A DNA stretch of 64,000 bases from Azolla caroliniana (taxonomy: Eukaryota; Plantae; Polypodiophyta). Position 1 is the stretch's first letter. Each line of letters starts with the position of its first letter. The stretch lies in the NCBI GenBank assembly GCA_043228905.1, contig JBHGNT010000001.1, forward strand, positions 17,856,001-17,920,000, in the 5' to 3' direction. Below are positions 26,643 to 38,970 of this stretch, in pieces. The notes under the pieces were generated by a model. It had not been told where the DNA came from, did no database searches, and was given only the letters and a program-made list of their open reading frames with translations. The position numbers and the translations under genes were made by a program.

Positions 26643-27657
26643 TTTTTGGCTATTTTATATTACGATTTCTTTTATATATGCATATGTGGTCACGTGTATA
26701 CGTATTTGATCGTATATATGTGATAATATACATATGTGTATATAAGTTATTACATGATTTCAAGATCGAATGTTTTCCTTTTCGGGGAAAGGATCTTCGT
26801 GGCCATCCTCACATTTTTGTGAGAATCACGTTGTCAACATCCCTTTTGCAACACATTTTTATTGTTGACATCCCCGTTCGTGACTTCAATTTCGTTACGT
26901 AATGAAATAATCTTAGCCACAATGGTGTTGAGAACGTAGGTCTTGACCCACATGATGTGAGGTCGCTCTTATGACACACATATCCAACATCCCTCCCTCA
27001 TTACATGGATACGATGCCACCATGAGATCATTCTTACAAAAGGCATTCGTAATGACATAACCATGTGATGGGCCACGGAGGCCTACTATGAAAAGAGGGC
27101 TCATTTGGATTGACCATTAGGTTGCACTTTGGCATATGCCATCATAATTACGTGACTTGAGGTTAGGTAACGTACCAACATAAAAAGCAAATGAATGAAA
27201 CATGGCCGAAGTGAAAGAACAGATCCAGACCCCAAAAGAACTAGTTTGGAGCATAGATAACAACTCCACTTGACAAGCACTACAATAGTGTCAGGTCATG
27301 TTGCCTCTCAGCCTCTTGTTACAGTTAATTCCCCGAAACATCGGTGGTAACATCACAGAACCTGAAACCGGCACCAACATTCTTCTCCAACCTGGAGGAA
27401 GGACCGGGAATAGTGGCCACCATCAGTCCGGCAATAACGGTTATTATCAAAGGAAAATAAATTCCTAGAACAATTCCCAGAGTAAACGTGATAAGCCAAC
27501 GAAAATGCAACAATCTTGGGATCAAAGAATAGGAATCGTGCCCGTTCTGGCTGCGTATGGCGAACACCAGTTCAATTCAGCCAACCGGATTCATCCGGAA
27601 CTTGGAGATTACAATCGGGGGACATACATTTCTGATATCCGCAGTAGTCCTGTAACT

Positions 27658-30600
27658 TGTTGGGATTACGGTCCCTTCGGATGGGATGGTCGGATCCGGT
27701 TTCGGTTTCGGATCCGGATGACGAAGACCCCGGTTTCGGCACCGGATGACGAATGTACCCGGAGAGCGATCCGGATGCAGGGACATATCCGTGAATATGT
27801 TCGCTATGGGCCCCTGAGGCTACAGTTGTAAATAGCCCAAAGTCATATAAGTATAAATATGACTTAGGGCAAACAGTTTTATAGTTGCTGATCTTTTTCT
27901 GTTTTTCCACTTTAGAGGAGTGAAGAGAGAAAGCAGCCGTGAGAGAGAGAGAGAGAGAGAGATAGAGCGCGAGAGAGGAAGAGGTAGACGCCTCTGTGTA
28001 TTTCCGCCGCCTGTGGCGAGGACAGCGAGCTCAAGGTCGTCGCCTTGCAGCTCGCCATTGTATACTTCTCTGTATAGTGTTGGTTTGGAGTCTCGTACTC
28101 CCGTGGTTTTTCCCATCTAGGGTTTTCCACGTTAATCCCTGTGTAAACGCGTCTCGTGTATTTCTTCTTTTGGTTCCTATTTTCTGCTCCATTGATCCGC
28201 GATTACTCGGTTGTGGCCGAGCGAAGAAGGTGAATCCAAGCGGTGATTCCCAACAATCTGGTATCAGAGCGACTGTTGCAGAAAATGGAAGGCGGCAGCA
28301 GCGGGCAGCCGGGGATGATGGTGCTGAACGCGCAGAATTACGCCGATTGGAAGATCAAGATGGAGGACCTTCTGATCGTTCGGGACCTGTATGAACCGAT
28401 TGACAGGTCGGAAATACCGAAAGGGGTACTTGAGTCGGAGTGGAAGCTCCTGAACCGGAAAGCCGTAGCGACGATCCGACAATATGTCGATGTAAGCGTC
28501 CTACAACATGTGGCGAACGACACCAACGCATATGAGATGTGGAAGAAGCTGTCGGGCCTCTACGAGAGGAAGAATGCGTTGAACCGGACCTCCCTGATGA
28601 GGAAGATAGTAAATCTCAAGTACCGGGACGGCGAGAGTATGGTGGAACACGTAAGCACGTTCATGGGATTCGTGAATCAGCTTGCGGCGATCAAGTTCCC
28701 GTTGGAGGATGCAATGCAAGCCATCATCCTGATGTGTACATTGCCGGATAGCTGGGAGAACTTGGTGGTGACTCTCAGCACCTCCTGCACCGAAGACAAC
28801 CTGTCCTTACAAACGGTAAAGACAAGTATTTTGAACGAAGAAGCGCGTCGGAGAGATAAAGAACCGGCCTCCGACTCGAAGGCGCTGCTTACCGAATCGG
28901 ATCGGGGAAGACAATGGAACCGGAGTCCGCAAAGACGAGAGAAGTCGGGGACCCGGTCGCGGTCAAGAGGAAGGCCCACATGCTTCCACTGTGGGAAGCC
29001 GGGGCACTTCCGAAAGAATTGTCGGCATTACCGAAAAGACAACGGAGCCGACGACACCGATTCGAAGAAGTCACCGGAGAGAAACGGTGCATACCGGGGA
29101 GCCACGGACCGGAGAGGTTCGGATCGGCGAGGGCAGGACCGGAAAGGAACAACGGCACTCGCGGCAAGTGAGGAAGAAATCATGCTCATCACCGAAGAAG
29201 GTGAACTAAACATTGCCGGCGATGAGACGACCTGGGTGGTCGATTCCGGAGCATCGTTCCACCTGACCCCGGAGAGAAGATACTTCTCATCCTACACAGC
29301 CGGTGAGCATGGCTGTGTTCGGATGGGAAACGAAGGTACGTGCCGAATTGCCGGCATAGGAGATGTGTGGTTGACAACCCCGACCGGATGTAAAATGCTG
29401 CTGAAGAATGTCCGACACGTTCCGGAGGTCCGACTGAACCTGATTTCTGCCGGGAGGCTAGATGATGAAGGCTACACGGGTAGCATCCAGAACGGCGTAA
29501 TGAAGTTCAGCAAGGGGAGCCTGATAGTGGCTCGGGCCCGGAAAGACAACACACTGTACCTGATGAATGCTCGGTTATGTCCGGAAGAGCTGAATGTGGC
29601 AGCCGACACTGCCGGTGAGCTGTGGCACAAAAGACTGTGCCACATGAGTGAGAAGGGGATGAAGAGGCTTGCAGAAGACAACCTTATTCCAGTGAAGCAT
29701 GTGCACCTGGAGAAGTGCACCGATTGCCTGGCCGGTAAGCAGAACCGAACCTCCTTCCACTCAAGGCCACCGACGAGACGTAACGCACCATTGGAGTTGG
29801 TGCACACCGATGTGTGTCAGGTAGAAACGAAGTCACATGGCGGAGCCCAGTACTTCGTAACTTTCATAGATGATCATAGCCGAAGACTGTGGACGGCACC
29901 GATGAAGACAAAGGACCAAGTGTTGTCCGTCTTCAAAGAACTCCACGCGAGAGTGGAAAGGGAATCCGGCAAGAAGCTGAAAGCGATACGAGCGGATAAC
30001 GGAGGGGAATACCGGGGGCAGTTCCAGGAGTACTGTCGCTCGAAGGGAATCCGACTCGAGTTTACTGTGCCGAAGACGCCGGAACTGAACGGGCTGGCCG
30101 AGAGGATGAACCGGACCATAATGGAGAGGGTCCGGAGTATGCTGGCACATGCGAAATTACCCAAGGGATTTTGGGCTGAGGCAATGTCGACGGCGACATA
30201 TGTGATAAACAGATCACCCTCAGTACCTTTGGACGGAGACACGCCGCAGAGAGTGTGGACTGGAAGGGAAGTATCCTACCGGCATCTGAAGGTGTTCGGG
30301 TGTCTCGCATACGTGCATGTGGCAAAGGACCGGAGAGGAAAGCTAGATCCAAAGACCCGGCCATGCATATTCCTCGGTTACGGCGACGACGAGTTCGGCT
30401 ACCGAGTATGGGACCCGGTTGACAAGAAGATATTCCGGAGTCGTGATATCATCTTCATGGAGAACAAGACACTCGCCGACTGGGAGTCGGAGAAGAAGAT
30501 GAAGAGCTCCAAGTCGACCGGTGAGGATCAACTCTACGGGGAGCAGTCCCGACCGGCAAGGGACCGGTTAGCACTCGAGGATCCGGCCGAAGACGGTGAA

Positions 30601-32969
30601 GAAACAGAACCGGCCGAAGAAGATGAAAATGATACCGGAACCGGCCCCGATCCCGAAATGGATTCGGATGAAGAAGAAGAATCGGAAGAACCGGTTACCG
30701 AAGCTCCGGAACGGAGATATCCTCTAAGAGAGAGAAGGGCCCCCCGGAGATTTCCGGAACCAGAGCATGTGCTGCTAACCGACGAGGGGGAGCCGGAGAG
30801 CTTTGAAGAAGCAAAGCATGACACCCAGAGCCGCAGGTGGTTGAGTGCCATGCAGGACGAGATGGATTCCCTGCATGAGAACCACACATATGAACTTGTG
30901 GAGTTGCCGAAAGGAAAACGGGCACTCCGTAACAAGTGGGTGTTCAAGCTGAAACCGGGAGATGCCGGAAACCCCCCGAGATACAAAGCCAGGATCGTGG
31001 TGAAGGGGTTTCAGCAGAAGAAGGGCGTCGACTTCGACGAGATATTTGCCCCGGTAGTGAAGATGACCTCCATCCGGACGGTGCTGAGCATAGCGGCAAG
31101 CATGGACCTCGAGGTAGAACAGATGGACGTGAAGACGGCATTCCTTCACGGTGACCTCGAAGAAGAGATCTACATGCAGCAACCGGAAGGATTCGAGAAG
31201 AAAGGGAAGGAGCACCTGGTATGCCGGTTGAAGAAGAGCCTTTACGGACTGAAGCAGGCTCCCCGGCAATGGTACCAGAAATTCGACTCCTTCATGACCG
31301 ACGAAGGGTACCTCAAAACGCAGTCTGACCACTGCGTGTTTGTGAAGAAGTTCGAAGGAGGAGACTTCCTAATACTCCTCCTGTACGTGGACGACATGTT
31401 GATCGTCGGACGGGACCAGGTCAAGATACGGATGCTGAAGAAGGCTCTTCACCGAACCTTCTCAATGAAGGACTTGGGTCCGGCGAGGCAAATACTAGGG
31501 ATGCATATCATCCGGGACCGGAAGAAGAAGCAGTTGTGGCTGTCACAGGAGAAGTACGTGACGAAGGTGCTTCACCGGTTCAACATGTCGGAAGCAAGAC
31601 CGGTCGGATCGACCCTCCCGGCAAACTGCAAGCTGTCCAACAAGCAAAGTCCCAAGACAAAGGCTGAAAAGGAGGATATGATGAAAGTGCCATATGCCTC
31701 AGCCGTCGGGAGCTTGATGTACGCCATGGTGTGTACGAGACCGGACATCGGATATGCAGTCGGAGTGGTGAGCCGGTACATGAGCAATCCCGGCAAAGAG
31801 CATTGGAACGCGGCCAAGTGGATACTCCGATACCTGAAGGGCACGGCAAACGTGTGCCTCCGATTCGGCTCCGGTAAGCCCGAACTCGACGGCTTCACCG
31901 ATTCGGATATGTCGGCTGATGCAGATACCAGCCGGTCCACATCAGGGTATGTGATGACGTATGCAGGGGGAGCAGTTTCGTGGCAGTCGAGGCTGCAGAA
32001 GACGGTTGCGTTGTCAACCACGGAGGCGGAGTACATGGCAGCTGTTGAAGCCGGCAAGGAAATAATATGGATGAAGGACTTCATTAGAGAGCTCGGTATC
32101 CGGCAGGAGGAGTACCGACTCTACTGCGACAGTCAGAGTGCAATCCACCTTGCGAAGAACGCGGCCTATCACTCCCGGACGAAGCACATCCAGCGAAGAT
32201 ATCACTGGATCCGGGAAAGGATAGAAGACAAGGAGTTCGTGCTGACGAAGATCCACACGGACGAGAACGGGTCGGATATGCTGACCAAGGTGCTCACACC
32301 CGACAAGCTGGAAGCATGCCGGAAGAGGATCGGATTGGAGAGACATCCCATGCCGAAGTGAAGGGGGAGTTTGTTGGGATTACGGTCCCTTCGGATGGGA
32401 TGGTCGGATCCGGTTTCGGTTTCGGATCCGGATGACGAAGACCCCGGTTTCGGCACCGGATGACGAATGTACCCGGAGAGCGATCCGGATGCAGGGACAT
32501 ATCTGTGAATATGTTCGCTATGGGCCCCTGAGGCTACAGTTGTAAATAGCCCAAAGTCATATAAGTATAAATATGACTTAGGGCAAACAGTTTTATAGTT
32601 GCTGATCTTTTTCTGTTTTTCCACTTTAGAGGAGTGAAGAGAGAAAGCAGCCGTGAGAGAGAGAGAGAGAGAGAGATAGAGCGCGAGAGAGGAAGAGGTA
32701 GACGCCTCTGTGTATTTCCGCCGCCTGTGGTGAGGACAGCGAGCTCAAGGTCGTCGCCTTGCAGCTCGCCATTGTATACTTCTCTGTATAGTGTTGGTTT
32801 GGAGTCTCGTACTCCCGTGGTTTTTCCCATCTAGGGTTTTCCACGTTAATCCCTGTGTAAACGCGTCTCGTGTATTTCTTCTTTTGGTTCCTATTTTCTG
32901 CTCCATTGATCCGCGATTACTCGGTTGTGGCCGAGCGAAGAAGGTGAATCCAAGCGGTGATTCCCAACA
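27658..32969 (+). mobile_element. Intact young Ty1/copia element (Copia-2)
   Basis: 598-bp LTRs 27658-28255 and 32372-32969 (two mismatches noticed). TSD TAACT. PBS TGGTATCAGAGC at 28259. PPT present. Confidence 0.98.
28285..32361 (+). CDS. gag-pol: Copia Gag-Pol polyprotein (Gag, CCHC, PR, INT, RT, RNase H), uninterrupted
   Basis: Single ORF from ATG 28285. CFHCGKPGHFRKNC, VDSGAS, HKRLCH..CTDC, DDE integrase, YVDD. Confidence 0.97.
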   Translation: MEGGSSGQPGMMVLNAQNYADWKIKMEDLLIVRDLYEPIDRSEIPKGVLESEWKLLNRKAVATIRQYVDVSVLQHVANDTNAYEMWKKLSGLYERKNALNRTSLMRKIVNLKYRDGESMVEHVSTFMGFVNQLAAIKFPLEDAMQAIILMCTLPDSWENLVVTLSTSCTEDNLSLQTVKTSILNEEARRRDKEPASDSKALLTESDRGRQWNRSPQRREKSGTRSRSRGRPTCFHCGKPGHFRKNCRHYRKDNGADDTDSKKSPERNGAYRGATDRRGSDRRGQDRKGTTALAASEEEIMLITEEGELNIAGDETTWVVDSGASFHLTPERRYFSSYTAGEHGCVRMGNEGTCRIAGIGDVWLTTPTGCKMLLKNVRHVPEVRLNLISAGRLDDEGYTGSIQNGVMKFSKGSLIVARARKDNTLYLMNARLCPEELNVAADTAGELWHKRLCHMSEKGMKRLAEDNLIPVKHVHLEKCTDCLAGKQNRTSFHSRPPTRRNAPLELVHTDVCQVETKSHGGAQYFVTFIDDHSRRLWTAPMKTKDQVLSVFKELHARVERESGKKLKAIRADNGGEYRGQFQEYCRSKGIRLEFTVPKTPELNGLAERMNRTIMERVRSMLAHAKLPKGFWAEAMSTATYVINRSPSVPLDGDTPQRVWTGREVSYRHLKVFGCLAYVHVAKDRRGKLDPKTRPCIFLGYGDDEFGYRVWDPVDKKIFRSRDIIFMENKTLADWESEKKMKSSKSTGEDQLYGEQSRPARDRLALEDPAEDGEETEPAEEDENDTGTGPDPEMDSDEEEESEEPVTEAPERRYPLRERRAPRRFPEPEHVLLTDEGEPESFEEAKHDTQSRRWLSAMQDEMDSLHENHTYELVELPKGKRALRNKWVFKLKPGDAGNPPRYKARIVVKGFQQKKGVDFDEIFAPVVKMTSIRTVLSIAASMDLEVEQMDVKTAFLHGDLEEEIYMQQPEGFEKKGKEHLVCRLKKSLYGLKQAPRQWYQKFDSFMTDEGYLKTQSDHCVFVKKFEGGDFLILLLYVDDMLIVGRDQVKIRMLKKALHRTFSMKDLGPARQILGMHIIRDRKKKQLWLSQEKYVTKVLHRFNMSEARPVGSTLPANCKLSNKQSPKTKAEKEDMMKVPYASAVGSLMYAMVCTRPDIGYAVGVVSRYMSNPGKEHWNAAKWILRYLKGTANVCLRFGSGKPELDGFTDSDMSADADTSRSTSGYVMTYAGGAVSWQSRLQKTVALSTTEAEYMAAVEAGKEIIWMKDFIRELGIRQEEYRLYCDSQSAIHLAKNAAYHSRTKHIQRRYHWIRERIEDKEFVLTKIHTDENGSDMLTKVLTPDKLEACRKRIGLERHPMPK

Positions 32970-34202
32970 TAACTCAACGCGGAAAGAGCTTAAAACTTGT
33001 TATTAGGGAGACCATGGCTAAGAATGGCACATATAAAGCAAAATTGCCAGAAGAACGTCATTACCTTCCGTAGAGGAAAGACAAAAGTGCGGGTCTCGAC
33101 CCAACCACGCGCGGGTACAAGTAAAGAGCTAACACCGCTATATGTAGAGAGCATAGACATGTTTGACGGATTAGAAGATGACAAAGTCAACTGATACCTA
33201 GATGAACATCTGAAGATAGTTCCATTATTTGAAGTAGATGTCATCGAAGTTGTCAAACCGTACGTCATGCACGTAGAGGAAGTCCTTAACGAGCCCGATC
33301 GGGAGGCGATCTAAGAACTGCGACAAGCACAAGAATCGCTAGAACGGGAAATGGCGGTATCTCAACAAGTGAAGGCATCTCAGCTAGAAGAGGTGGACCT
33401 TGGGACTGGCGAAGCACGAAGAACAGTGTACGTGGCAAAGGAAATGCCCTTGGATGAGAATAAAGCAACAATGGAACTACTCAAAGAATTTCGAGATGTG
33501 TTCGCCTGGTCATACGAAGATATGTGAGCATTGGATACCCAACTATACCAACATCAAATACACCTCAGCAAGGACATGAAACCAGTAGTGCAACGATGGT
33601 ATCGGATGAACCCGAATTATGCAAGCTGATGAAGGTCGGGTTTATCTGACTAGTGAAACAAGCAACATGGCTGAGTCTGATTGTTGTCATCCCAAAGAAG
33701 AATGGCAAGCCGGTGTATTACGCGAGCCGGAAACTCCCGAAGGCAGAACATAATTATTCTACAATAGAGAGACAAGCCCTCGGAATGATATATAGCGTCA
33801 CAAAGTATCGACACTATCTGTTAGGACGCAAGTTTTCGTTCCATGTGGACCATTCCGTGCTAGTATATTTGGTATCCAAGGCATCACTAACCGGTAAATT
33901 AGCACGGTGGACATTATTGCTGCAAGAATTCGAATTTGAAATATTCCACCGATCGGGAGTACAACACATGGTGGCGGACTGTTGGGAAAACAGTCCCTTC
34001 GGATGGGATCTGGTTATGAATGAAGAGGACCCCGTGAGAACCGGAAGAGAAGACATATTTGTAAATATGTTTTGAGTAAGCCCATTGAGGCTATATTTGT
34101 AAATAGCCCTAAGTTCATATAAGTATAAATATGACTTAGGGCAATCACTTTTTTGTGGTGTGGAGTGGTTGCCATATTGTTGTTCAATGATAACTATTGT
34201 AT

Positions 34203-34234
<32 letters not shown>

Positions 34235-36803
34235 CAAAGTTATACTCTGTTTTAACCGTCGGTTGGTGAAGATATAGAGCAGAAGGTCGTTGCCTCCGAG
34301 TCTCTGAGTGTATCTTTCCTATATATAGTGATAGCTTGGAGCCTGTGGGCTCCCGTGGTTATTCCCATTAGGGTTTTCCATTAGGGATATGTTGGTGGTT
34401 AAAGATCTTTGGTTGCCGGTTCAGTTCGGGGAGAAGAGACCGGATAAGATCGACACCACAGTGTGGGAGGTGACGCACATGAAGTAGACGGCATACATCT
34501 AGTGCTTCATCGACATGAGCCTGTACAACAACTTCAAGTAAGAGAGCAAGGCTCATGAACTCTGGGAGAAGATCGGCATCATGCTCCCGAACAAGAATGT
34601 CGTTAATCGCGTTTCTTTATTCCAGAAGCTAGTGAGGCTCCGGTACTAGAACGGCTTCAGTATGGCGGAGCACATGAATGCCTTCCAGGGGATGATACAT
34701 CAAGCAGCCTCGTTGGAAGTACCTCTCGACCATGAGGTACTCGCATTGCTCCTACTCAATTCCCTCCCGGATAGTTGGGAGACATTAGTTGTCATGTTGG
34801 GCAACACCGGGCCGGAAGGAAAGCAATTGTCCCTAGCAAGAGTCAAGTCAAGATTGCTGGATGAAGAAGCTCGCCAGAAGGACCGGGAGTCTAGAACCAA
34901 TTCGAAGGCTTTGGTCACAGAAGATGACGACAGTCGGGGAAGAGGCCGGTATTGGAGTCCCCAAAACTAGGACAAATCGGGAATGAGGTCGAACTCAAGG
35001 GGGAGGCCTACTTACTTCTATTGTGGGAAGTCGGGGCACTTCCAGAAGAACTGTCGGCATTTCCAGAAAGAGAAAGGAACCGGCACCACCAATTCGCAGT
35101 AGAGTTCGGACCGAAACGGTTCAGACCGGATCGGAAAAGAACGTTGGCAATAGCGACAAGTGAAGAAGAACTGATGCTCATTACTGAGGAGAATGAGTTA
35201 AACCTTGTCGGCGACGAGACAACGTGGGTTGTCGATTCTAGAGCGTCATTCCACCTGACACCGGATCGGAAAGGCCTCTCATCCTACACAGCCGGAGATC
35301 ATGGTTGTGTCCGGGTGGGGAATGAAGGTACATGCTGAATTGTCGTCATTGGAGATGTGTTGTAGACAACATCAACCGGATGCAAGTTAATGTTGAAGGA
35401 TGTCCGACACATTCCGGAGGTTCGACTGAACTTGATATTAGCTGGTCGGCTAGATGATGAAGGTTACATGGGTAGCATCCAAAATGGAGTCATGAAGTTT
35501 AGCAAAGGGAGCCTGATTGTAGCTCGAGCCTAGAAGACCAACACACTGTACTTGATGGATGCCTAGATATGCTGGGAAGAAGTGAACGTTGCATTCGACA
35601 CTACCGGTGAGCTGTGGCACAAGAGACTGTGTCACATGAGTTAGAAGGGGATGAAGAGAATTGCTGAAGACAATCTCATTCTGGTGAAGGACATGCAACT
35701 TGAGAAGTGCACTGATTGCTTGGTGGGCAAGCAAAACCGATCTCCTTCCAGTCAAGACCACTGATGAGACGGAATGCACCACTGGAGCTGGTGCATACCG
35801 ATGTGTGTCAAGTGCACACGAAGTCACATGCTAGATCGCAGTACTTCGTGACATTCATAGATGATCACAGTCGGAAGCTGTGGGTCTCACCATTGAAGAC
35901 GAAGGATCAGGTGCTATCCATCTTCAAGGAACTCCACACAAGAGTGGAAAGAGAAATTAGCCGGAAGCTGAAGGCGGTTCGAGCGGACAACGAAGGAGAA
36001 TACCACGGGCTGTTCGAGGAGTATTGTCGGTCGAAGGGAATCCGACTCAAATTCACCATGCCAAAGACGCTGGAATTGAACGGTGTCGTGAAGAAAACCG
36101 CCCACAAGAGGAATCGGAGGAACAAGGCGTGGGAAACGGCTCTACACACACACGCGCGCCAAGAAGTACCTAAGGACGAAGTAGGTACATACGAGGATCC
36201 TAGGTGGGCAGATTCGGTTGGTATGCAGTTAATGCCAAACGGCCTCTTGACGGGCTATAAAAGGAAGAGGAAGAATAGAAGTCGGACATCTCCCGCGGAG
36301 AGGACGAAGTGCTGCCGAACCGATTTCGGAGCCTCTCTCTCACTCCAGCTCTCTCTGTCTTCTGCTCCATCGCGTACCTGTGCAGGTTTCGAGGAGGCTT
36401 GCGCTGTTCCGTGGAACGCCCCGAGTGCGTCCTGCAGCACCTCCGACCTGTTTTCCCTTTCTGTGCGTCGCGACATATAGGGGTCGGCAGCTGTTCGCCG
36501 CCCTGTTCGTTTTCGTTAGTATCTATTTTGTGCCCCACCGTGGGTTGTAATACTTTAGTCTGTTATTTTCTTGCGTTCATAAGCACATATCTCTCGTTGT
36601 TGCGTCCATCTGCGTCGGCGTCTATTTGTGATCTCTGTTTGTTGGGCCGTGTCCCTGTGCAATCGTCGGTTCTGCGCAATCGGATCTTCGGTTCTGTGTA
36701 ATCGGGTCTCTCTCTCTTACTCCTCTCTCTCTTGCTCTTCGGTTCGAGACCCCCGTGGTCCCTCCTCCTTTCTACACGCAAGGGCGTAGCAACCCCGACA
36801 TCT

Positions 36804-36821
36804 TGGTGAACCCGACGTGAA
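36804..36821 (+). promoter_or_regulatory. Primer binding site complementary to the 3' end of plant tRNA-Trp
   Basis: Reverse complement TTCACGTCGGGTTCACCA matches the plant tRNA-Trp(CCA) 3' end as I recall it. Confidence 0.85.
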
Positions 36822-36843
36822 AGAGGCGGCAGAAAAGTAGGAA

Positions 36844-38970
36844 ATGAAGGGGGCGGATCTTGCAGAGGCCATGGCTTCGGCCGTGGATCGGATAGTAAGC
36901 GCGCGCGAGGGCACCGGCGCCCTCGATAGAGCTATTGAGGCGGTCGTCGGAACGATCGGTCGATTCACCGGAAAAGATGCCACGAAGTACCTGGCGTCCT
37001 ACGGTGCGGAAATGTTAATGCGGGACATTCCGGAAGACAGGCGTCTTGCCGGTTTTCCCCGAGTGGCGATGCCGAGCATTCACGCGGAGGTGCTCGAGGT
37101 GCGGGCGGAGAGCCGTACCTGGGAGGAGTTCGAAGGTCGGCTCCTGGAGAAATACGGACTGGACGACGCGCTCCGGCTTTCGAAGCGAAGCTTCATGGAG
37201 TGGGTGGAGTCTCCCGGGAAAGGAAGGAATGCGTCGGCACTCCTCCGGGAGTTCGAGGAGAACTTCGCGCGCCTTTCGGCGCTTGACAGGATGGTCCTGG
37301 ATACAAGCCGGGTCCTGCTGTTCGTCAAATCGGTTGACGAGAGGGATCGGAGTCACGTGGGCGCCCTGCTAGAAACCGAAGACGGGCTGACAGCCGACTG
37401 GGCGGCGGTCAAGAGAGCCTGCGGCCGTTTCGACAAACGGCGAGAATGGGAGGATGACAGAGCAACCGGTTCGGGCTCAGTCGCGGCGAGGAAACTCGAG
37501 CCGGCGCAGCCGGTGCGAAGGGAAGAGACTCGGGAGTGGCTGGAATCCGGTTCAGCTCCGACCGGCGTGATCAGAGGCTCGACTGGAGGAGCTGCGTTGG
37601 AGGAACTGACGAGGGCGATAAAAGACCTCCAAATCGCACAGGCCCGCAGAGAAGACGGAGGACCTGCTCGTGACCGACGGCCGGCGGCAGGGAACAGGTG
37701 CATGTGGTGCGACGGGGTCGGCCACATCCGAAAAGACTGCGGCGATTTTGCAGAGGCGCTGAGGAACCGGGTGGTGTACCTATGGGAAGGCCGGGTTCAC
37801 GCCAACGACACGAGAAGGGCCCTAAACCGAAACGACGGGCGAGGCGGAATGAAGAGGTTGATGGAAGAGGCGGCGGCCCGACATGCGGAAACCGTCCACT
37901 ACTCGGCGTCGGCCGGTATTCGAGTCGGGGGCGGCGAGGCCCGAAAGGAAAGCAAAGCCGGATTCTGGCCGACGATGCTGGGAGGCCTTGCCGGTGCAGG
38001 GCTTAAAAGGGAGGAATCGGACCGTGCGGAGAAACGGGTACGGGAGATGACCGGGTGGAGCGACCCGGTCGAGGAAAAGACGGGCTTCGTGGAAGCCGCT
38101 TGCCGGAACTACGAGGCTCTGGTAGAAGAGAAGCGGGTGGGGAAACCCGGGACGACCGGGCCCTCACAACGATACGAGACCCGGTCCGGGCCACGACGGG
38201 ACGAAGCCGGCGGGGCCGGTACGCAAGATAAACCCCAGAAGGGCGGGTACCGTCTGGGGACGGAGATAGAAAGAACCACGGACTTACGAAAGGTCCTGGA
38301 GGAACGGATCCTCGACAGCAAGGTGGAGTTGTCGCTACGGGAGGTGCTGGGAATCGCCAAGAAGGAGTTCCACGACTCCATCGTGGACTTGGTGAAACGG
38401 AAGAGGCTGTCAACGGAGACAGAACCGGAAAGACCGGTAGAGGTGCGGACGACGCACCTGGACGACATGGCGCTGAAAGACGAGTGGGCGGAGAGCCACT
38501 ATTCGCGGCCACACTGGGCCCGAGCGACCACGGAAACCCCGGTAAAGATCGGCGATGTCCAGGAACCGGTAGTAGCTTTGGTGGACCACGGATCGGAAAT
38601 CAACCTGATGTCCATGGACTTCTATAAGAAGGGCAAATGGCCGATCAACACCAAGCACGGGTGGAAGATAAGGGCGGCGACGCGCGCCACCGAGGAACTT
38701 CACGGGGCCTGCCCGAATGTACGGGTCAAGATCGGCGATGTCGAGATAGACCAGCACTTCTTCGTGCAGGAGTCGTCATCGCACCCCGTCATACTGGGAG
38801 AGCCGTACATCACGGCGGCTCGAATGGAGACCAAGGTGCTGGACAACGGTTCGGCCTATGCGCGGGTCAAGAGCCAGGACGGGCGCCATTCGGTCCAGTT
38901 TTTGACGGTTAGGCCGAACCACGAGCGTAACCGCGACTCCCTCGGTTCCGATAACCGAGAGGATTTTTAG
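36844..38970 (+). CDS. gag: Gag-protease polyprotein (708 aa)
   Basis: CMWCDGVGHIRKDC zinc knuckle; aspartic protease LVDHGSEIN...VILGEPY. Confidence 0.93.
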   Translation: MKGADLAEAMASAVDRIVSAREGTGALDRAIEAVVGTIGRFTGKDATKYLASYGAEMLMRDIPEDRRLAGFPRVAMPSIHAEVLEVRAESRTWEEFEGRLLEKYGLDDALRLSKRSFMEWVESPGKGRNASALLREFEENFARLSALDRMVLDTSRVLLFVKSVDERDRSHVGALLETEDGLTADWAAVKRACGRFDKRREWEDDRATGSGSVAARKLEPAQPVRREETREWLESGSAPTGVIRGSTGGAALEELTRAIKDLQIAQARREDGGPARDRRPAAGNRCMWCDGVGHIRKDCGDFAEALRNRVVYLWEGRVHANDTRRALNRNDGRGGMKRLMEEAAARHAETVHYSASAGIRVGGGEARKESKAGFWPTMLGGLAGAGLKREESDRAEKRVREMTGWSDPVEEKTGFVEAACRNYEALVEEKRVGKPGTTGPSQRYETRSGPRRDEAGGAGTQDKPQKGGYRLGTEIERTTDLRKVLEERILDSKVELSLREVLGIAKKEFHDSIVDLVKRKRLSTETEPERPVEVRTTHLDDMALKDEWAESHYSRPHWARATTETPVKIGDVQEPVVALVDHGSEINLMSMDFYKKGKWPINTKHGWKIRAATRATEELHGACPNVRVKIGDVEIDQHFFVQESSSHPVILGEPYITAARMETKVLDNGSAYARVKSQDGRHSVQFLTVRPNHERNRDSLGSDNREDF

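Noticed and set aside
28264-32624. Numerous antisense and alternate-frame ORFs over the copia and gypsy genes
   Set aside because: Shadows of GC-rich coding sequence, repeated only because the elements are repeated.
36084-36800. ORFs within the B LTR and a lone GGTTCGAGACC B-box-like motif near 36741
   Set aside because: ORFs have no recognisable motifs and reflect GC richness; no A box is seen upstream, so it is not counted as a tRNA module.
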